From an uncultured Candidatus Saccharibacteria bacterium (lineage in GTDB: Bacteria > Patescibacteriota > Minisyncoccia > Phycocordibacterales > PALSA-1337): a DNA stretch of 64,000 bases. Position 1 is the stretch's first letter; each line of letters starts with the position of its first letter. The notes under the pieces were generated by a model that saw nothing but the letters and a program-made list of their open reading frames with translations, ran no database searches and was not told the DNA's origin. The position numbers and the translations under genes are program-made. Below, in pieces: positions 1-9,483 of this stretch. The stretch spans positions 5,271 to 69,270 of the forward strand of contig CAYXZI010000004.1 of NCBI GenBank assembly GCA_964470105.1, given 5' to 3'.

Positions 1-558
1 AAGCCAAATAGGGAAGTATTAAAGGTGCATGTTGCAAAGATTGCAAAAAAAGAAGGATATACATTAGAAGCAGGAGTATCAGATCTAGTTGCTTTGCTTG
101 GTGACGGATCATTTAGAGATACACTTGGAATTTTACAGAAAGTTATATCTTCTTCAAAAGATAGCAAAGTTTCAATTAAAGAGGTGGAAAGTATAACCGG
201 AGCTCCAAAGGGAAGTCTAGTAAATGATTTTATTATAGCTATTGCATATGGAGACAAGGATAAGGCATTTTCAGTCATATCTAAGGTTAAAGAAGAAAAT
301 ATTTCCATAAAGACATTCATTGCACTGCTTTTGGAGAAAATTAGAATTATTTTGATATTAAAAAACACAACAAAGAATGATTTAAGACAGCATGTGTCTG
401 ATGATGACTGGGAGGTGATTGAAAAGGTAGCAAAGGATGAAAAAAGTAAGATTGGATCACCAACATTACGTGAACTGCTTAAAGCCTATGACGCTACTTC
501 TCTTGCATATATTGAAAGTTTGCCACTTGAATTGATGGTTGTTGACATTATTGGTTAG
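1..558 (+). CDS. dnaX: DNA polymerase III subunit gamma/tau, C-terminal part (5' end outside window)
   Basis: Frame open from base 1. Clamp-loader lid motif GDGSFRDTLGILQK followed by a collar-like region ending LPLELMVV. Confidence 0.85.
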   Translation, partial: KPNREVLKVHVAKIAKKEGYTLEAGVSDLVALLGDGSFRDTLGILQKVISSSKDSKVSIKEVESITGAPKGSLVNDFIIAIAYGDKDKAFSVISKVKEENISIKTFIALLLEKIRIILILKNTTKNDLRQHVSDDDWEVIEKVAKDEKSKIGSPTLRELLKAYDATSLAYIESLPLELMVVDIIG

Positions 559-609
559 ACATTATAATATATTTGTGGCATAGAGATCTGTGCTAGAAAG
601 GAGACTACC

Positions 610-762
610 ATGAATGGCATGGACGATAGCAACACCGGTGTCGGTATGCCCCAGATCGATGGGACCGAACTGCCACCGGCTCTTGATCACCCCAAAGGCG
701 AACAAGAAGTCATTGCTCGGGTGCTTGCACTTGAGCAAGGGGTGGATCAGTTCCGCCCCTGA
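610..762 (+). CDS. 50-aa orphan protein MNGMDDSNTG...QGVDQFRP (not in ORF track)
   Basis: Strong SD AGAAAGGAG 6 nt before ATG610, open to TGA762, GC-rich, followed by hairpin 816-845. Confidence 0.6.
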   Translation: MNGMDDSNTGVGMPQIDGTELPPALDHPKGEQEVIARVLALEQGVDQFRP

Positions 763-815
763 AACCAAACCATAAGAAAGAAGGGAGGTGACAAAAGACC
801 CCCAACTCTTCATTA

Positions 816-850
816 GACCCACCTGCAAGGTTCCGCAGGTGGGTCGCTTC
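816..850 (+). terminator. GC-rich hairpin terminator
   Basis: GACCCACCTGC/GCAGGTGGGTC 11-bp stem; weak U tract. Confidence 0.6.
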
Positions 851-929
851 ATATCTAATATACATGCTAACGTGTGCCACCAGCTTTTTCTTTAGTTTGA
901 AATATACTTTGTTTGTGGTAATCTTATCG

Positions 930-1150
930 AAGCTGCGCTTATGCCTACGCATAATAAAGGACACGGGAGTGAACAGAGGGATTCCCTCTGCCTCCGTGTA
1001 CAAACAAAGGGCCCGTTGCCACGGGGCATCAGGCGGAAACAAAAACCGGCAGTTGTGATAGCTGCCTTACAGAAAGGGGGTGAAAAAGAATAGAATTACA
1101 CCAATTCATAATGCCTGTCCGTGGCAATTCCCGGACAGGCTGCTGTTTTT
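930..1150 (+). ncRNA. Putative ~220-nt structured small RNA (alternatively a 50-aa ORF, 941-1093)
   Basis: Promoter TTGAAA(897)-N16-TAATCT(919). Stems TTATGC/GCATAA, ACACGGG/TCCGTGT with CAGAGGG/CCCTCTG, CCCGT/ACGGG, GGCAGTT/AGCTGCC. Terminator GCCTGTCCG/CGGACAGGC plus T tract. Confidence 0.55.
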
Positions 1151-1234
1151 ATATTATAAATTAATTTACAAAGTGCTTTTTGTTTCGTCTTGTCTAATCT
1201 GTATTTACAAGTTAGTATAGAGAAGTTCGATGTT

Positions 1235-1305
1235 TGCGGGATCGTCTAATGGTAGGACTCCAGGTTTTGGTCCTGGCTATCTAGGTTCGAGTCCTAGTCC
1301 CGCAG
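1235..1305 (+). tRNA. tRNA-Gln (anticodon TTG), CCA not encoded
   Basis: Cloverleaf with acceptor TGCGGGA/TCCCGCA, anticodon stem CCAGG/CCTGG around TTTTGGT, T loop GGTTCGAGTCC, and a U1-A72 pair. Confidence 0.95.
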
Positions 1306-1370
1306 CAAGTAAGTTTACTGTGTTTTGATTGTATATACTCAAGCTAGCCTGATGTGCTAGTATATCTTTT

Positions 1371-1886
1371 ATGAAAGATACAATACTAATCATTGTTGAT
1401 ATGCAGGATTTCTTTCTCAAAAGATTTCCCATTTCTGTGCAACATGAGATAATAGAAAATCAAAAAATAATAATTGATTTTTGTGTGAGAAGAAATATTC
1501 CCTCCATCATAATTGAGTACAAAGCGGGTGGAGTAGAGAGGGGAAAAACTAAGAAAGAATTGGTAGATAGTATTGGAAATAATCTGGTTAATGTAATCGT
1601 TAAGGATAATAATGGAGGATTTACGAAGACAAACCTAGATGTAGTTTTAAATAAACTCAATATTAGGAAGATAATATTAATGGGGTTAAATGCAAATGGA
1701 TGTATACAAGATACTGTAATCGGTGCTAATAATAGAGGCTATAGGGTAATAACATCTAAGGGGATAATCGCTAATTCATCTTCTGGAAATATGGAAATAT
1801 CTAAACGTAATAAAGAGTGGTATATAAAAAATACTGTCTTTTTTGATAATGTTAAGAGTCTTTACACATACCTTAGTAAAAAATAG
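1371..1886 (+). CDS. Isochorismatase-family cysteine hydrolase
   Basis: Motifs LIIVDMQ, IVKD..GGF..T.L and GLNANGCI give the Asp-Lys-Cys triad pattern. Confidence 0.85.
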   Translation: MKDTILIIVDMQDFFLKRFPISVQHEIIENQKIIIDFCVRRNIPSIIIEYKAGGVERGKTKKELVDSIGNNLVNVIVKDNNGGFTKTNLDVVLNKLNIRKIILMGLNANGCIQDTVIGANNRGYRVITSKGIIANSSSGNMEISKRNKEWYIKNTVFFDNVKSLYTYLSKK

Positions 1887-1954
1887 GGGATACTGGTTTC
1901 TATTGTGTACTTATACACAATATCAACTATCCTATTATAGGTTATAATTTATAC

Positions 1955-2350
1955 ATGAAGCACACATTATTGTATCTTATTACGCTACTAGTCATCACTC
2001 TATCTGACTTCACATGGTTTAAGCTTTCCTCATCTTTTTATCAAAAAGAAATAGGATTTTTATTTGGATCTAAAATTAACTATTTACCAGTTGCACTTTT
2101 CTATCTAATATATGCATTTGGTATACTGTTTTTTATTATTAATCCTCAGATTAAAGCTGATTCATCGTACATCACTGTGTTTTTAATAGGTGCTTTTTTC
2201 GGGCTAATAGCATATGGAACCTATGATTTTACTAATAATGCAACAATAAATAATTGGCCTGTTATTGTAACAATTGTTGATATTCTATGGGGAATGATAG
2301 TGACTGGTTTCGCTAGTTTGTTTGTATATATTATAAGTAAATATATTTAA
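1955..2350 (+). CDS. DUF2177-family membrane protein
   Basis: Hydrophobic protein with YGTYDFTN.AT..NWP...VDILWG signature. Confidence 0.8.
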   Translation: MKHTLLYLITLLVITLSDFTWFKLSSSFYQKEIGFLFGSKINYLPVALFYLIYAFGILFFIINPQIKADSSYITVFLIGAFFGLIAYGTYDFTNNATINNWPVIVTIVDILWGMIVTGFASLFVYIISKYI

Positions 2351-2399
2351 TACCAATTATATGTATAAAATTAAAACAGAAGGATGCTATACTACACCT

Positions 2400-3026
2400 A
2401 TGATTATCATATATTCTATAATCGCTGTAATTGTTTTGTGGTCTATCTGGGGATTCTTTTCCTCAAGAGTAGAGAGTGCTGAGTATTCAGTTATTGCTTC
2501 AAAGAATGGTTACGAAATCAGACTATATCCAGAACATATTGTTGCTCAAACAACTGTAAAGGGATCATACAATGAGGCATTAAATGAAGGCTTTCGTATT
2601 ATCGCTGGATATATTTTTGGAAACAATGTTAAGAAGCAAGATATTGCAATGACAGCTCCAGTTGTAGAGGAGACTAGTAAATCTGAATCCATATCTATGA
2701 CTACTCCAGTATCATCAAATATCGACGGTGAATATCACACGATAACTTTTGGTATGCCACGATCATATACATTGGAAACATTGCCCACTCCTTCTGATCC
2801 ACGTGTAAAGATAGAGACCATACCAGAGAAGAAGGTCGCTGTTATCAGATTCTCATGGATACGTACCGAATCTCGTGTTCAATCTAAGAAATTGGAACTT
2901 ATTGATCTATTAAAGAAAGACGGTGTGGTTATCAAAGGTGAGCCACAATACGCTGGATATAATGCACCTTGGACTCCACCATGGATGACTAGAAATGAGG
3001 TTATGATTGAAATTAAAGGTAATTAA
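2400..3026 (+). CDS. SOUL-family heme-binding protein with N-terminal anchor
   Basis: YEIR.Y, GFR..AGYIFG.N, IAMTAPV, YNAPWT...RNEV motifs. TATACT lies 6 nt before ATG2400. Confidence 0.85.
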   Translation: MIIIYSIIAVIVLWSIWGFFSSRVESAEYSVIASKNGYEIRLYPEHIVAQTTVKGSYNEALNEGFRIIAGYIFGNNVKKQDIAMTAPVVEETSKSESISMTTPVSSNIDGEYHTITFGMPRSYTLETLPTPSDPRVKIETIPEKKVAVIRFSWIRTESRVQSKKLELIDLLKKDGVVIKGEPQYAGYNAPWTPPWMTRNEVMIEIKGN

Positions 3027-3045
3027 GAAGAAGTGGTAAGGATAT

Positions 3046-3087
3046 ATGAAATAGTCCAACGGAATGCTTCCCGTTGGACTATTTCAT
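3046..3087. terminator. 17-bp perfect hairpin between convergent genes
   Basis: ATGAAATAGTCCAACGG / CCGTTGGACTATTTCAT. Confidence 0.7.
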
Positions 3088-3106
3088 GTGTTAATTCTTG
3101 TACCCC

Positions 3107-4894
3107 TTATTCCTTTCTTCTTGCCTTAGCTCTATCTGTGTCAGTTAGGAATTTCTTTCTCAAGCGTACTGAAAGCGGAGTGATCTCCAGGTATTCATCT
3201 TCGCGCATAGTCTCAAGTCCTCTCTCAACATCTATTTTCCAAGCTGGAGTCAACATGATGTGCTCATCATTTCCTGATGATCGCATGTTAGACATAACCT
3301 TTCCTTTACATGGGTTTACATCCATATCATCTCCCTTTGAAGTATCACCAACAACCATTCCTTCGTAAACCTCTGTAGTTGGTTCAATAAATATACGTCC
3401 TCTCTCTTGTAGATTCCATAGAGCAAACGCCAGAGCCTTTCCTGTCATCATTGATGTCATTGATCCGGTTGAATGCTTCTCAATCTCACCAGCATATGGT
3501 TTGAAGTCAATAAAACGACTAGCTAATATACCTTCACCCTTTGTGTCAATAACGAAAGCATTTCTGTAACCCAAAAGACCACGTGTTGGTATTTCAAATA
3601 GGATTCTACTCAGACCATCTTTTGTCTTCATATCTATCATTGTAGCTTTTCGCTTACCAAGTTTTTCGATGATAGCCCCAGTGAATTCTTCTGGTATATC
3701 AACAGTCAATTCTTCAAAAGGTTCACTCTTTACTCCATCTATATCTTTAACGATAACTTGTGGTTGTGATACTTGTAGTTCATATCCCTCACGTCTCATA
3801 TTTTCTAGTAGAACCGCAATATGTAGTTCACCACGACCGAATACTCTGTAGAATTCATTTGATGAGAAATCAACTCTTAGTCCAACGTTAATTTCCAGTT
3901 CCTTCTCTAGTCTCTCTCGTATTTGTCTACCTGTTACGAATTTTCCTTCACGTCCAGCGAATGGGGAAGAGTTAACAAGGAAGTTTAGGGAGATTGTAGG
4001 TTCGTCAATCTTGATTGCAGGTAGAGCAGGTGTTGCTTCGCTATCAGTTAAAGTCTCACCAATGTATATCTGTGGGAATCCAGCTATAGTTACGATGTCT
4101 CCAGCTGTTGCCTCCTGAATTTCAATTCTTTTCTTTCCTTCAAATGTAAATAGCTTGGTAACACGTCCTTGGTTTACAGTTCCATCAATTTTCTTTTCAA
4201 AAACTGTTTGACCAGTCTTAATTGTTCCATCATAAATACGACCTATAGCTAGTCTACCTAGGAAATTGTCATATCCGAGGTTAAAAGTCTGTACTGTAAG
4301 TGGAGCTGTTGCACTATGATCCTTATTTGCTGGTGGTACATGCTCGAGAATCATATCAAGAAGAGGAGTTAGATCTTTTTTCTCATCTGTGAGTTTTCTC
4401 ATAGCGACTCCTTCACGCCCTATAGCATATATAGTAGGGAAGTCGAGCTGAGCATCATTTGCTCCAAGCTCCATGAATAGCTCTAGAACCATTTCATGAC
4501 AGTGATCAGGATTAGCTGCTGGCTTATCTATCTTGTTGATGATAACTATAGGTTTTAGGCCTAGTTCAAGAGACTTCTTAAGTACGAAACGAGTCTGAGG
4601 CATAGGACCCTCCTGTGCATCAACTACTAGAAGCACCGTGTCGATAGAGCGGAGAACACGCTCTACTTCAGAACCGAAGTCTGCGTGTCCTGGAGTGTCC
4701 ACGATATTGATCTTTGCTCCCTTATATTCAATAGATGTATTCTTGGCATAAATAGTGATACCACGCTCTTGCTCTAGGGCATTAGAGTCCATAGTACCAT
4801 CCTCACCATGGCCACATTGGGTCATTATCGCATCTGTTAGGGTAGTCTTACCGTGGTCTACGTGGGCTATGATTGCTATGTTTCGGATATCCAT
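3107..4894 (-). CDS. typA: Translational GTPase TypA/BipA
   Basis: [31 protein letters not shown] motifs and BipA C-terminus EITP.SVRLRK. Confidence 0.95.
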   Translation of the reverse strand: MDIRNIAIIAHVDHGKTTLTDAIMTQCGHGEDGTMDSNALEQERGITIYAKNTSIEYKGAKINIVDTPGHADFGSEVERVLRSIDTVLLVVDAQEGPMPQTRFVLKKSLELGLKPIVIINKIDKPAANPDHCHEMVLELFMELGANDAQLDFPTIYAIGREGVAMRKLTDEKKDLTPLLDMILEHVPPANKDHSATAPLTVQTFNLGYDNFLGRLAIGRIYDGTIKTGQTVFEKKIDGTVNQGRVTKLFTFEGKKRIEIQEATAGDIVTIAGFPQIYIGETLTDSEATPALPAIKIDEPTISLNFLVNSSPFAGREGKFVTGRQIRERLEKELEINVGLRVDFSSNEFYRVFGRGELHIAVLLENMRREGYELQVSQPQVIVKDIDGVKSEPFEELTVDIPEEFTGAIIEKLGKRKATMIDMKTKDGLSRILFEIPTRGLLGYRNAFVIDTKGEGILASRFIDFKPYAGEIEKHSTGSMTSMMTGKALAFALWNLQERGRIFIEPTTEVYEGMVVGDTSKGDDMDVNPCKGKVMSNMRSSGNDEHIMLTPAWKIDVERGLETMREDEYLEITPLSVRLRKKFLTDTDRAKARRKE

Positions 4895-4997
4895 AAGATT
4901 TTAATATGTTAAATATGAGAATCTATTAAAGCATAAAAAAAGGCTAAAAGTCAAATGAAAACCGCCCGTGGGCGATTCTCATCGATTGGGGCGGCTT

Positions 4998-5297
4998 CTA
5001 ACTGAGTACCCTCAGTATTCCGTATGTAGTGGTACCACAATTGGTGACCTCTTTTATACTAGCCTGAAATGGCTGGCTGAATTCGACCATGTCACCACTA
5101 ATGATTATGGTATCGGCTACTCTGGTACATTGGGTTACGTTTATTCTGTACACCATCTTCTCACCTACAGGTACGTGTACCTTGTCTACAAAGTCATATA
5201 TTTGATGACAAACATGTACAGAGATTTGAGCTTTCATTTCCTCTGCGTACCTTAGGCTTGATGTGTTGATTTCCTCAACGATAATATACTGTACCAT
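4998..5297 (-). CDS. Orphan cassette protein (99 aa)
   Basis: Promoter TTGCGT-N17-TAGATT, SD AAAGGAG before ATG, GC hairpin at 4957-4998 after the stop. Confidence 0.65.
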   Translation of the reverse strand: MVQYIIVEEINTSSLRYAEEMKAQISVHVCHQIYDFVDKVHVPVGEKMVYRINVTQCTRVADTIIISGDMVEFSQPFQASIKEVTNCGTTTYGILRVLS

Positions 5298-5364
5298 AGG
5301 ACTCCTTTGTGCAGTTTGTTTACCAAAATCTACACCTCCTAGGTCTATAACGCAAGAAGGTGCA

Positions 5365-5805
5365 CTACTTCACCATCCCTTCAACTACTTCCTTCACATC
5401 AGCTCCATCAGCTTTTCCTTTTAACTCCTTCATTATCATTCCAATGAATTGACCTAGTTTAGCCTTATCAATCGCACCCTTAGACTCCACAACCTTACGT
5501 ATCTCATCCTTGCTCATCATTTGCGGTAGAAATACTTCAAGTATTTTTAATTCAGCCTTTTCTTTTTCAGCTAAATCACTTCTTCCTCCTTTCTCGAATT
5601 GTTCTATAGAGTCTTTATGTTGCTTAACACTTCTTTTGATTAATGTTAAAGCCCCTTCATCATCAATGAAAGGATTAGGATTTCCTTTTGCTATGAGTTC
5701 ATTTGAGAACAGGGCAGTAAGACCTCTTAGAGTATCGAGCTTAATTGAGTCCTTTGCACGCATTGCATCAATAATTTGTTTTTTAATTGTTTCGTGTATT
5801 GTCAT
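5365..5805 (-). CDS. GatB/YqeY domain protein
   Basis: AMRAKD...LR, KQHKDSIEQF..GGRSDLA..E..E...L..FLP, GKADG motifs. Confidence 0.9.
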   Translation of the reverse strand: MTIHETIKKQIIDAMRAKDSIKLDTLRGLTALFSNELIAKGNPNPFIDDEGALTLIKRSVKQHKDSIEQFEKGGRSDLAEKEKAELKILEVFLPQMMSKDEIRKVVESKGAIDKAKLGQFIGMIMKELKGKADGADVKEVVEGMVK

Positions 5806-5826
5806 AATGTTGATATAATAGCATAT

Positions 5827-6873
5827 ATGAATACCCTTATCATCATACTCATAGTCCTTGTTGCTATTGCCATAATTGTAATGGTCTCAAATTACAGACG
5901 TTCCTCTGGTAGCAAGGATGATATTGGTCTTAAGTTAATACTAGAACAGATAAATGAACTTAACCGTACAGTTGATGACAAGATTGGTCGTGGACACAGG
6001 GATATGCGTGAATCCATGCAGGTTCAGCTATCAGAATCGACCAGAATGATACGTGAGGTAACTGCTGGACTTACTAAACTTGATGAGACGAACAGGCAAG
6101 TGGTTTCTTTTGCAGATCAACTACAAAATCTCCAAGACATTCTTAAGAATCCTAAACATAGAGGTATACTCGGTGAATACTATCTAGAAACCCTATTAAG
6201 CAATGTACTCGCTCCTAATCAATTCAAAATGCAATATATGTTCGCAAATGGAGAGATTGTGGATGCTGCTGTATTTGTAAAAGACAAGATAATTCCAATT
6301 GATTCAAAGTTTTCTCTAGAGAACTACAACAAGCTTTCTCAAGAACGAGATCCAATTGAAAAAGAAAAGTTAGAAAAAGCATTCGTAAATGATTTAAAAC
6401 TTCGTATTCAAGAGACAGCAAAATATATACGACCAAATGAGGGCACTATGGACTTCGCTTTTATGTTCATTCCTCATGAAGCTATATACTATGATCTATT
6501 AATTAATAAGATAGGTGCAATAACAGAGGAGACTGATAATCTCATACAAAGGGCAGCTAATAAGTACAAGGTAATAATTATATCCCCAACATCATTCTTG
6601 GCATATCTTCAGACTGTTTTACAGGGCTTAAAAGCCTTACAGATTGAGGAGACAGCAAAAGACATTATTAAGCGTGTAGATGAGCTAGGAACTCATTTAA
6701 AGAAGTATGAAGAGTATCATGTAAAGCTCGGTACCTCGCTATCAACAGTCGTTAATCACTACAACCACTCTGGTAAGGAGCTAAGGAAGGTAGATAAGGA
6801 TATTTTACGTATAACAGGGGAGACTCCAGGTCTAGATGTGGGGGTGATTGACCATCCAGACGAGATAGTGTAA
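5827..6873 (+). CDS. rmuC: DNA recombination protein RmuC
   Basis: N-terminal TM helix and coiled coil; RGILGE, PIDSKF, KYIRP...TMDFAFMFIP.E motifs. Confidence 0.9.
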   Translation: MNTLIIILIVLVAIAIIVMVSNYRRSSGSKDDIGLKLILEQINELNRTVDDKIGRGHRDMRESMQVQLSESTRMIREVTAGLTKLDETNRQVVSFADQLQNLQDILKNPKHRGILGEYYLETLLSNVLAPNQFKMQYMFANGEIVDAAVFVKDKIIPIDSKFSLENYNKLSQERDPIEKEKLEKAFVNDLKLRIQETAKYIRPNEGTMDFAFMFIPHEAIYYDLLINKIGAITEETDNLIQRAANKYKVIIISPTSFLAYLQTVLQGLKALQIEETAKDIIKRVDELGTHLKKYEEYHVKLGTSLSTVVNHYNHSGKELRKVDKDILRITGETPGLDVGVIDHPDEIV

Positions 6874-6885
6874 TATAACCTAACT

Positions 6886-7203
6886 ATGGAATTTGCAGTA
6901 ATACAAACAGGCGGAAAACAATATAAGGTCAAAGTAGGGGATGAAATCAAGATTGAGAAGATCCTCGGTGACCACAAAGAAGGCGATAAGGTCGTTTTTG
7001 ATAAGGTTTTGCTTGTTGATAATGGAAAGGATACTACTATTGGTACTCCTTACATTGCTAATGCAAAGGTTAATGCAACTATCACTAAAATCGGTCGTCT
7101 ACCGAAAGTTGATGTTATAAAGTACAAGCAGAAGAGTAAATATTTTAAGAAGAACGGTCATAAGCAACCATATTTCCAGGTAAAGATTGAGGGGTTGAAG
7201 TAA
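6886..7203 (+). CDS. rplU: 50S ribosomal protein L21
   Basis: FAVIQTGGKQYKV and GHKQPY. Confidence 0.97.
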   Translation: MEFAVIQTGGKQYKVKVGDEIKIEKILGDHKEGDKVVFDKVLLVDNGKDTTIGTPYIANAKVNATITKIGRLPKVDVIKYKQKSKYFKKNGHKQPYFQVKIEGLK

Positions 7204-7210
7204 TTTAAAT

Positions 7211-7849
7211 ATGATGAGTGAGAAGAGCCCTAATTACAGACTGCTAATCAAGGTGGTAGTGATTATTTTCTTTTTTTTAATATCAATTTATTTTACATAT
7301 TATCTTTTTTGGAATATAGAGAATATCAAAATTCCTATCAGAAATGAAGCAACTATAGATGGGTTCGTACTAGTGACGATAGACGACGGTATATTTAATG
7401 ATAATGCCGCAAACGCTATACGTAGGCTATTTCAGGTACCCTTTAATTTGAATACGTTCCAAATTTGTATAAGAAATAGAAGTACCGTTGGAGATACTCT
7501 TGGTCCTGTAGGAGTGGATGTAGACTTTAATATTATCGAGAGTAAGTCTGATCGGGAATTATCAGATCCAATACATCTATCTCCATATGGTGAAGAGTGT
7601 ATTCCATTTGAGTTACAAAGGAAGTTTAGATTAAAAATGATAGAAACTAAATTTAATGTTGATCCTGATCTAGTCTCAAAAAATACAACTTTAAAGTTTT
7701 CTCCAGATATTTCTGTAAACGAAGCCAAAGGGGTTTATCCAAGTCTAAATACTAAACTAATTTCTAGTTTCATCTTTCTTGTAGCATATTTAACGATCCT
7801 AGATTCATTGCTTATATGGACAGAAAGAATTGTAAAATTTTTTAAATAA
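7211..7849 (+). CDS. Hypothetical membrane protein (N- and C-terminal TM helices)
   Basis: Open 212-aa frame with two hydrophobic segments; no family recognised. Confidence 0.6.
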   Translation: MMSEKSPNYRLLIKVVVIIFFFLISIYFTYYLFWNIENIKIPIRNEATIDGFVLVTIDDGIFNDNAANAIRRLFQVPFNLNTFQICIRNRSTVGDTLGPVGVDVDFNIIESKSDRELSDPIHLSPYGEECIPFELQRKFRLKMIETKFNVDPDLVSKNTTLKFSPDISVNEAKGVYPSLNTKLISSFIFLVAYLTILDSLLIWTERIVKFFK

Positions 7850-7911
7850 AAAACAATAAAATTTTTCTTCTGTCTACTTGCATATAAATTTATCTGAAAT
7901 ATAATTATCTC

Positions 7912-8318
7912 ATCGTATACAAAGTTTTTGCATTTACGAAGTCAACTTTGTACAATCAAACACACTAATTGAATTGGGATTCGTCGATTTATGCAGGAAG
8001 TGGTAGAAGAACTTCAAGACAAGAAGTAATACTTACTAATAAAAGCGAAAGGGCAAAATAGAGTAGTTTCTAGGAAACATTATTACAATGGTATTGTCAC
8101 CAAGTGGGTGCAAATAAACTAAATCACCCTATATTCACAAAACACATAGAAGATACTCTGCAGTTTATCTCCTGCGTGGAATATATAAGGCAAGTAGTGT
8201 CGGTTGGACGCTAGCCTATACTAAACCAAGTTGGCTTGGGAGGTATCAAAAATAAAAGTTGAAACAACCCCTAGATTGCGAGTACACCCAAATCTCGCCT
8301 TCCTGCATAAGTTGAGGA
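7912..8318 (+). ncRNA. Putative large structured RNA or leader, family not recognised
   Basis: Promoter TTGCAT(7878)-N16-TATAAT(7900). Long-range helix 7981-8000/8299-8318 encloses at least seven hairpins. No long ORF. Confidence 0.6.
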
Positions 8319-8336
8319 AATAAATAATTTAAAAAT

Positions 8337-8879
8337 ATGGATCAAGAAAATATTTCAATAAAAAATAGTATTGAAGTGATGGAAAAGGTGATAAAAAGTA
8401 AAATCCTTGTTATTCGCGGTGAAAAGGTAATTCTAGATAAGGATCTTGCAGAGTTATATGAAGTTACAACAAAACGTTTTAATGAGCAAGTCAAAAGGAA
8501 TATAGAAAGATTCCCTAATGATTTTATGTTCAGACTTACGGAGGAGGAGAACTATGGGCTGAACCGGTCGCAAAATGCGACCGGTTCTCAAAAACATCGT
8601 GATCCACGATTTTTACCGTACGCTTTTACTGAACATGGTGTAGCCATGCTTTCATCTGTTTTAAACAGTAAAACAGCGATACAGATGAATATATTGATTA
8701 TTCGGATATTTATAAAAATTAAGGAATGGATTATATCAAACAAAGACCTAGAGCTAAGAGTTGATGAGATAGAAAAGATACAGAGAGGACACTCTGAGTC
8801 CTTAGATTCAGTCGATCTCGCTTTACGACACATTATGGAAGAACCAATTAAACCTCCAGGTAAAATAGGTTTTAATTAA
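8337..8879 (+). CDS. ORF6N-domain DNA-binding protein
   Basis: IRGEKVILD.DLAELY.V.TK..N.QVKRN.ERFP.DFMF.LT, PYAFTEHGVAMLSSVL.S..A and C-terminal KIGF. Confidence 0.9.
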   Translation: MDQENISIKNSIEVMEKVIKSKILVIRGEKVILDKDLAELYEVTTKRFNEQVKRNIERFPNDFMFRLTEEENYGLNRSQNATGSQKHRDPRFLPYAFTEHGVAMLSSVLNSKTAIQMNILIIRIFIKIKEWIISNKDLELRVDEIEKIQRGHSESLDSVDLALRHIMEEPIKPPGKIGFN

Positions 8880-9483
8880 CCCTCTCTCTATTCTTCAATG
8901 CATTCTTAATCGTATCACTATCAGAGTATTCCAGTTCTGTACCAGTTGAAAGACCTCGTCCAAGTACAGTTATGTTTAGTCCCAGATCAGGAAACTTTTG
9001 CTTTATATAATCACGGATAAAATCTGCAGTATGTTCACCTTCAGCATTAGCATTTAAAGAAAGTATAATCTCCTTGTACTGACTACTGGTAATTTTCTTA
9101 ACCAATTCAGTTAACCTCACTTTCTTCTCAGGCTCTTTATCAAGAATTGGAATAGTTCCACCGAGGATGAAGTAGTGACCAGTATATGACTTACTTTTTT
9201 CAATAGCTTCAAAGTCCACATCACGACTTACTATCATTAATTGACTCATATCTCTTCCTTTATCAGAACAGATAGAGCATAGGGTTGTATTACCATCCTG
9301 ATAGAATCGGAAGCATGATGAGCAGACGCGTATATTTTTTTTAATACTTAATATTAGTTTCGCTATCTCATCTAGATATGAAGTATTTTTAGTTAACAGA
9401 AAATATACAAAGCGACGAGCTTGTCTAGGTCCTATACCAGGGAACTCTCTGAAGTATTCTGTTAGTTTAGAAATCGGATCCAT
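8872..9483 (-). CDS. recR: Recombination mediator RecR
   Basis: PGIGPRQA HhH motif, C4 zinc finger, Toprim region EGEHTA, G.ELEY.D. Confidence 0.95.
   Translation of the reverse strand: MDPISKLTEYFREFPGIGPRQARRFVYFLLTKNTSYLDEIAKLILSIKKNIRVCSSCFRFYQDGNTTLCSICSDKGRDMSQLMIVSRDVDFEAIEKSKSYTGHYFILGGTIPILDKEPEKKVRLTELVKKITSSQYKEIILSLNANAEGEHTADFIRDYIKQKFPDLGLNITVLGRGLSTGTELEYSDSDTIKNALKNRERVN

Noticed and set aside
562-1058. ORF-track frames 562-852(-), 710-1042(-) and 864-1058(+)
   Set aside because: They run through terminators and promoters. The SD, promoters and terminators support + strand units (ORF 610-762 and RNA 930-1150).
930-1150. SRP RNA (ffs), suggested by proximity to dnaX
   Set aside because: TCAGGCGGAAAC only loosely resembles the CAGG-GNRA-AGCAG domain IV and does not form that helix. 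A covariance search is needed to exclude it fully.
3046-3087. MITE or mobile palindrome
   Set aside because: Single copy between convergent genes with no target duplication; a terminator explains it.
7981-8318. tmRNA, RNase P RNA, or group I/II intron
   Set aside because: No tRNA-like ends or Ala-ending tag, no GAGGAAAGTCC, no recognisable P7 or domain V, and no interrupted host gene.
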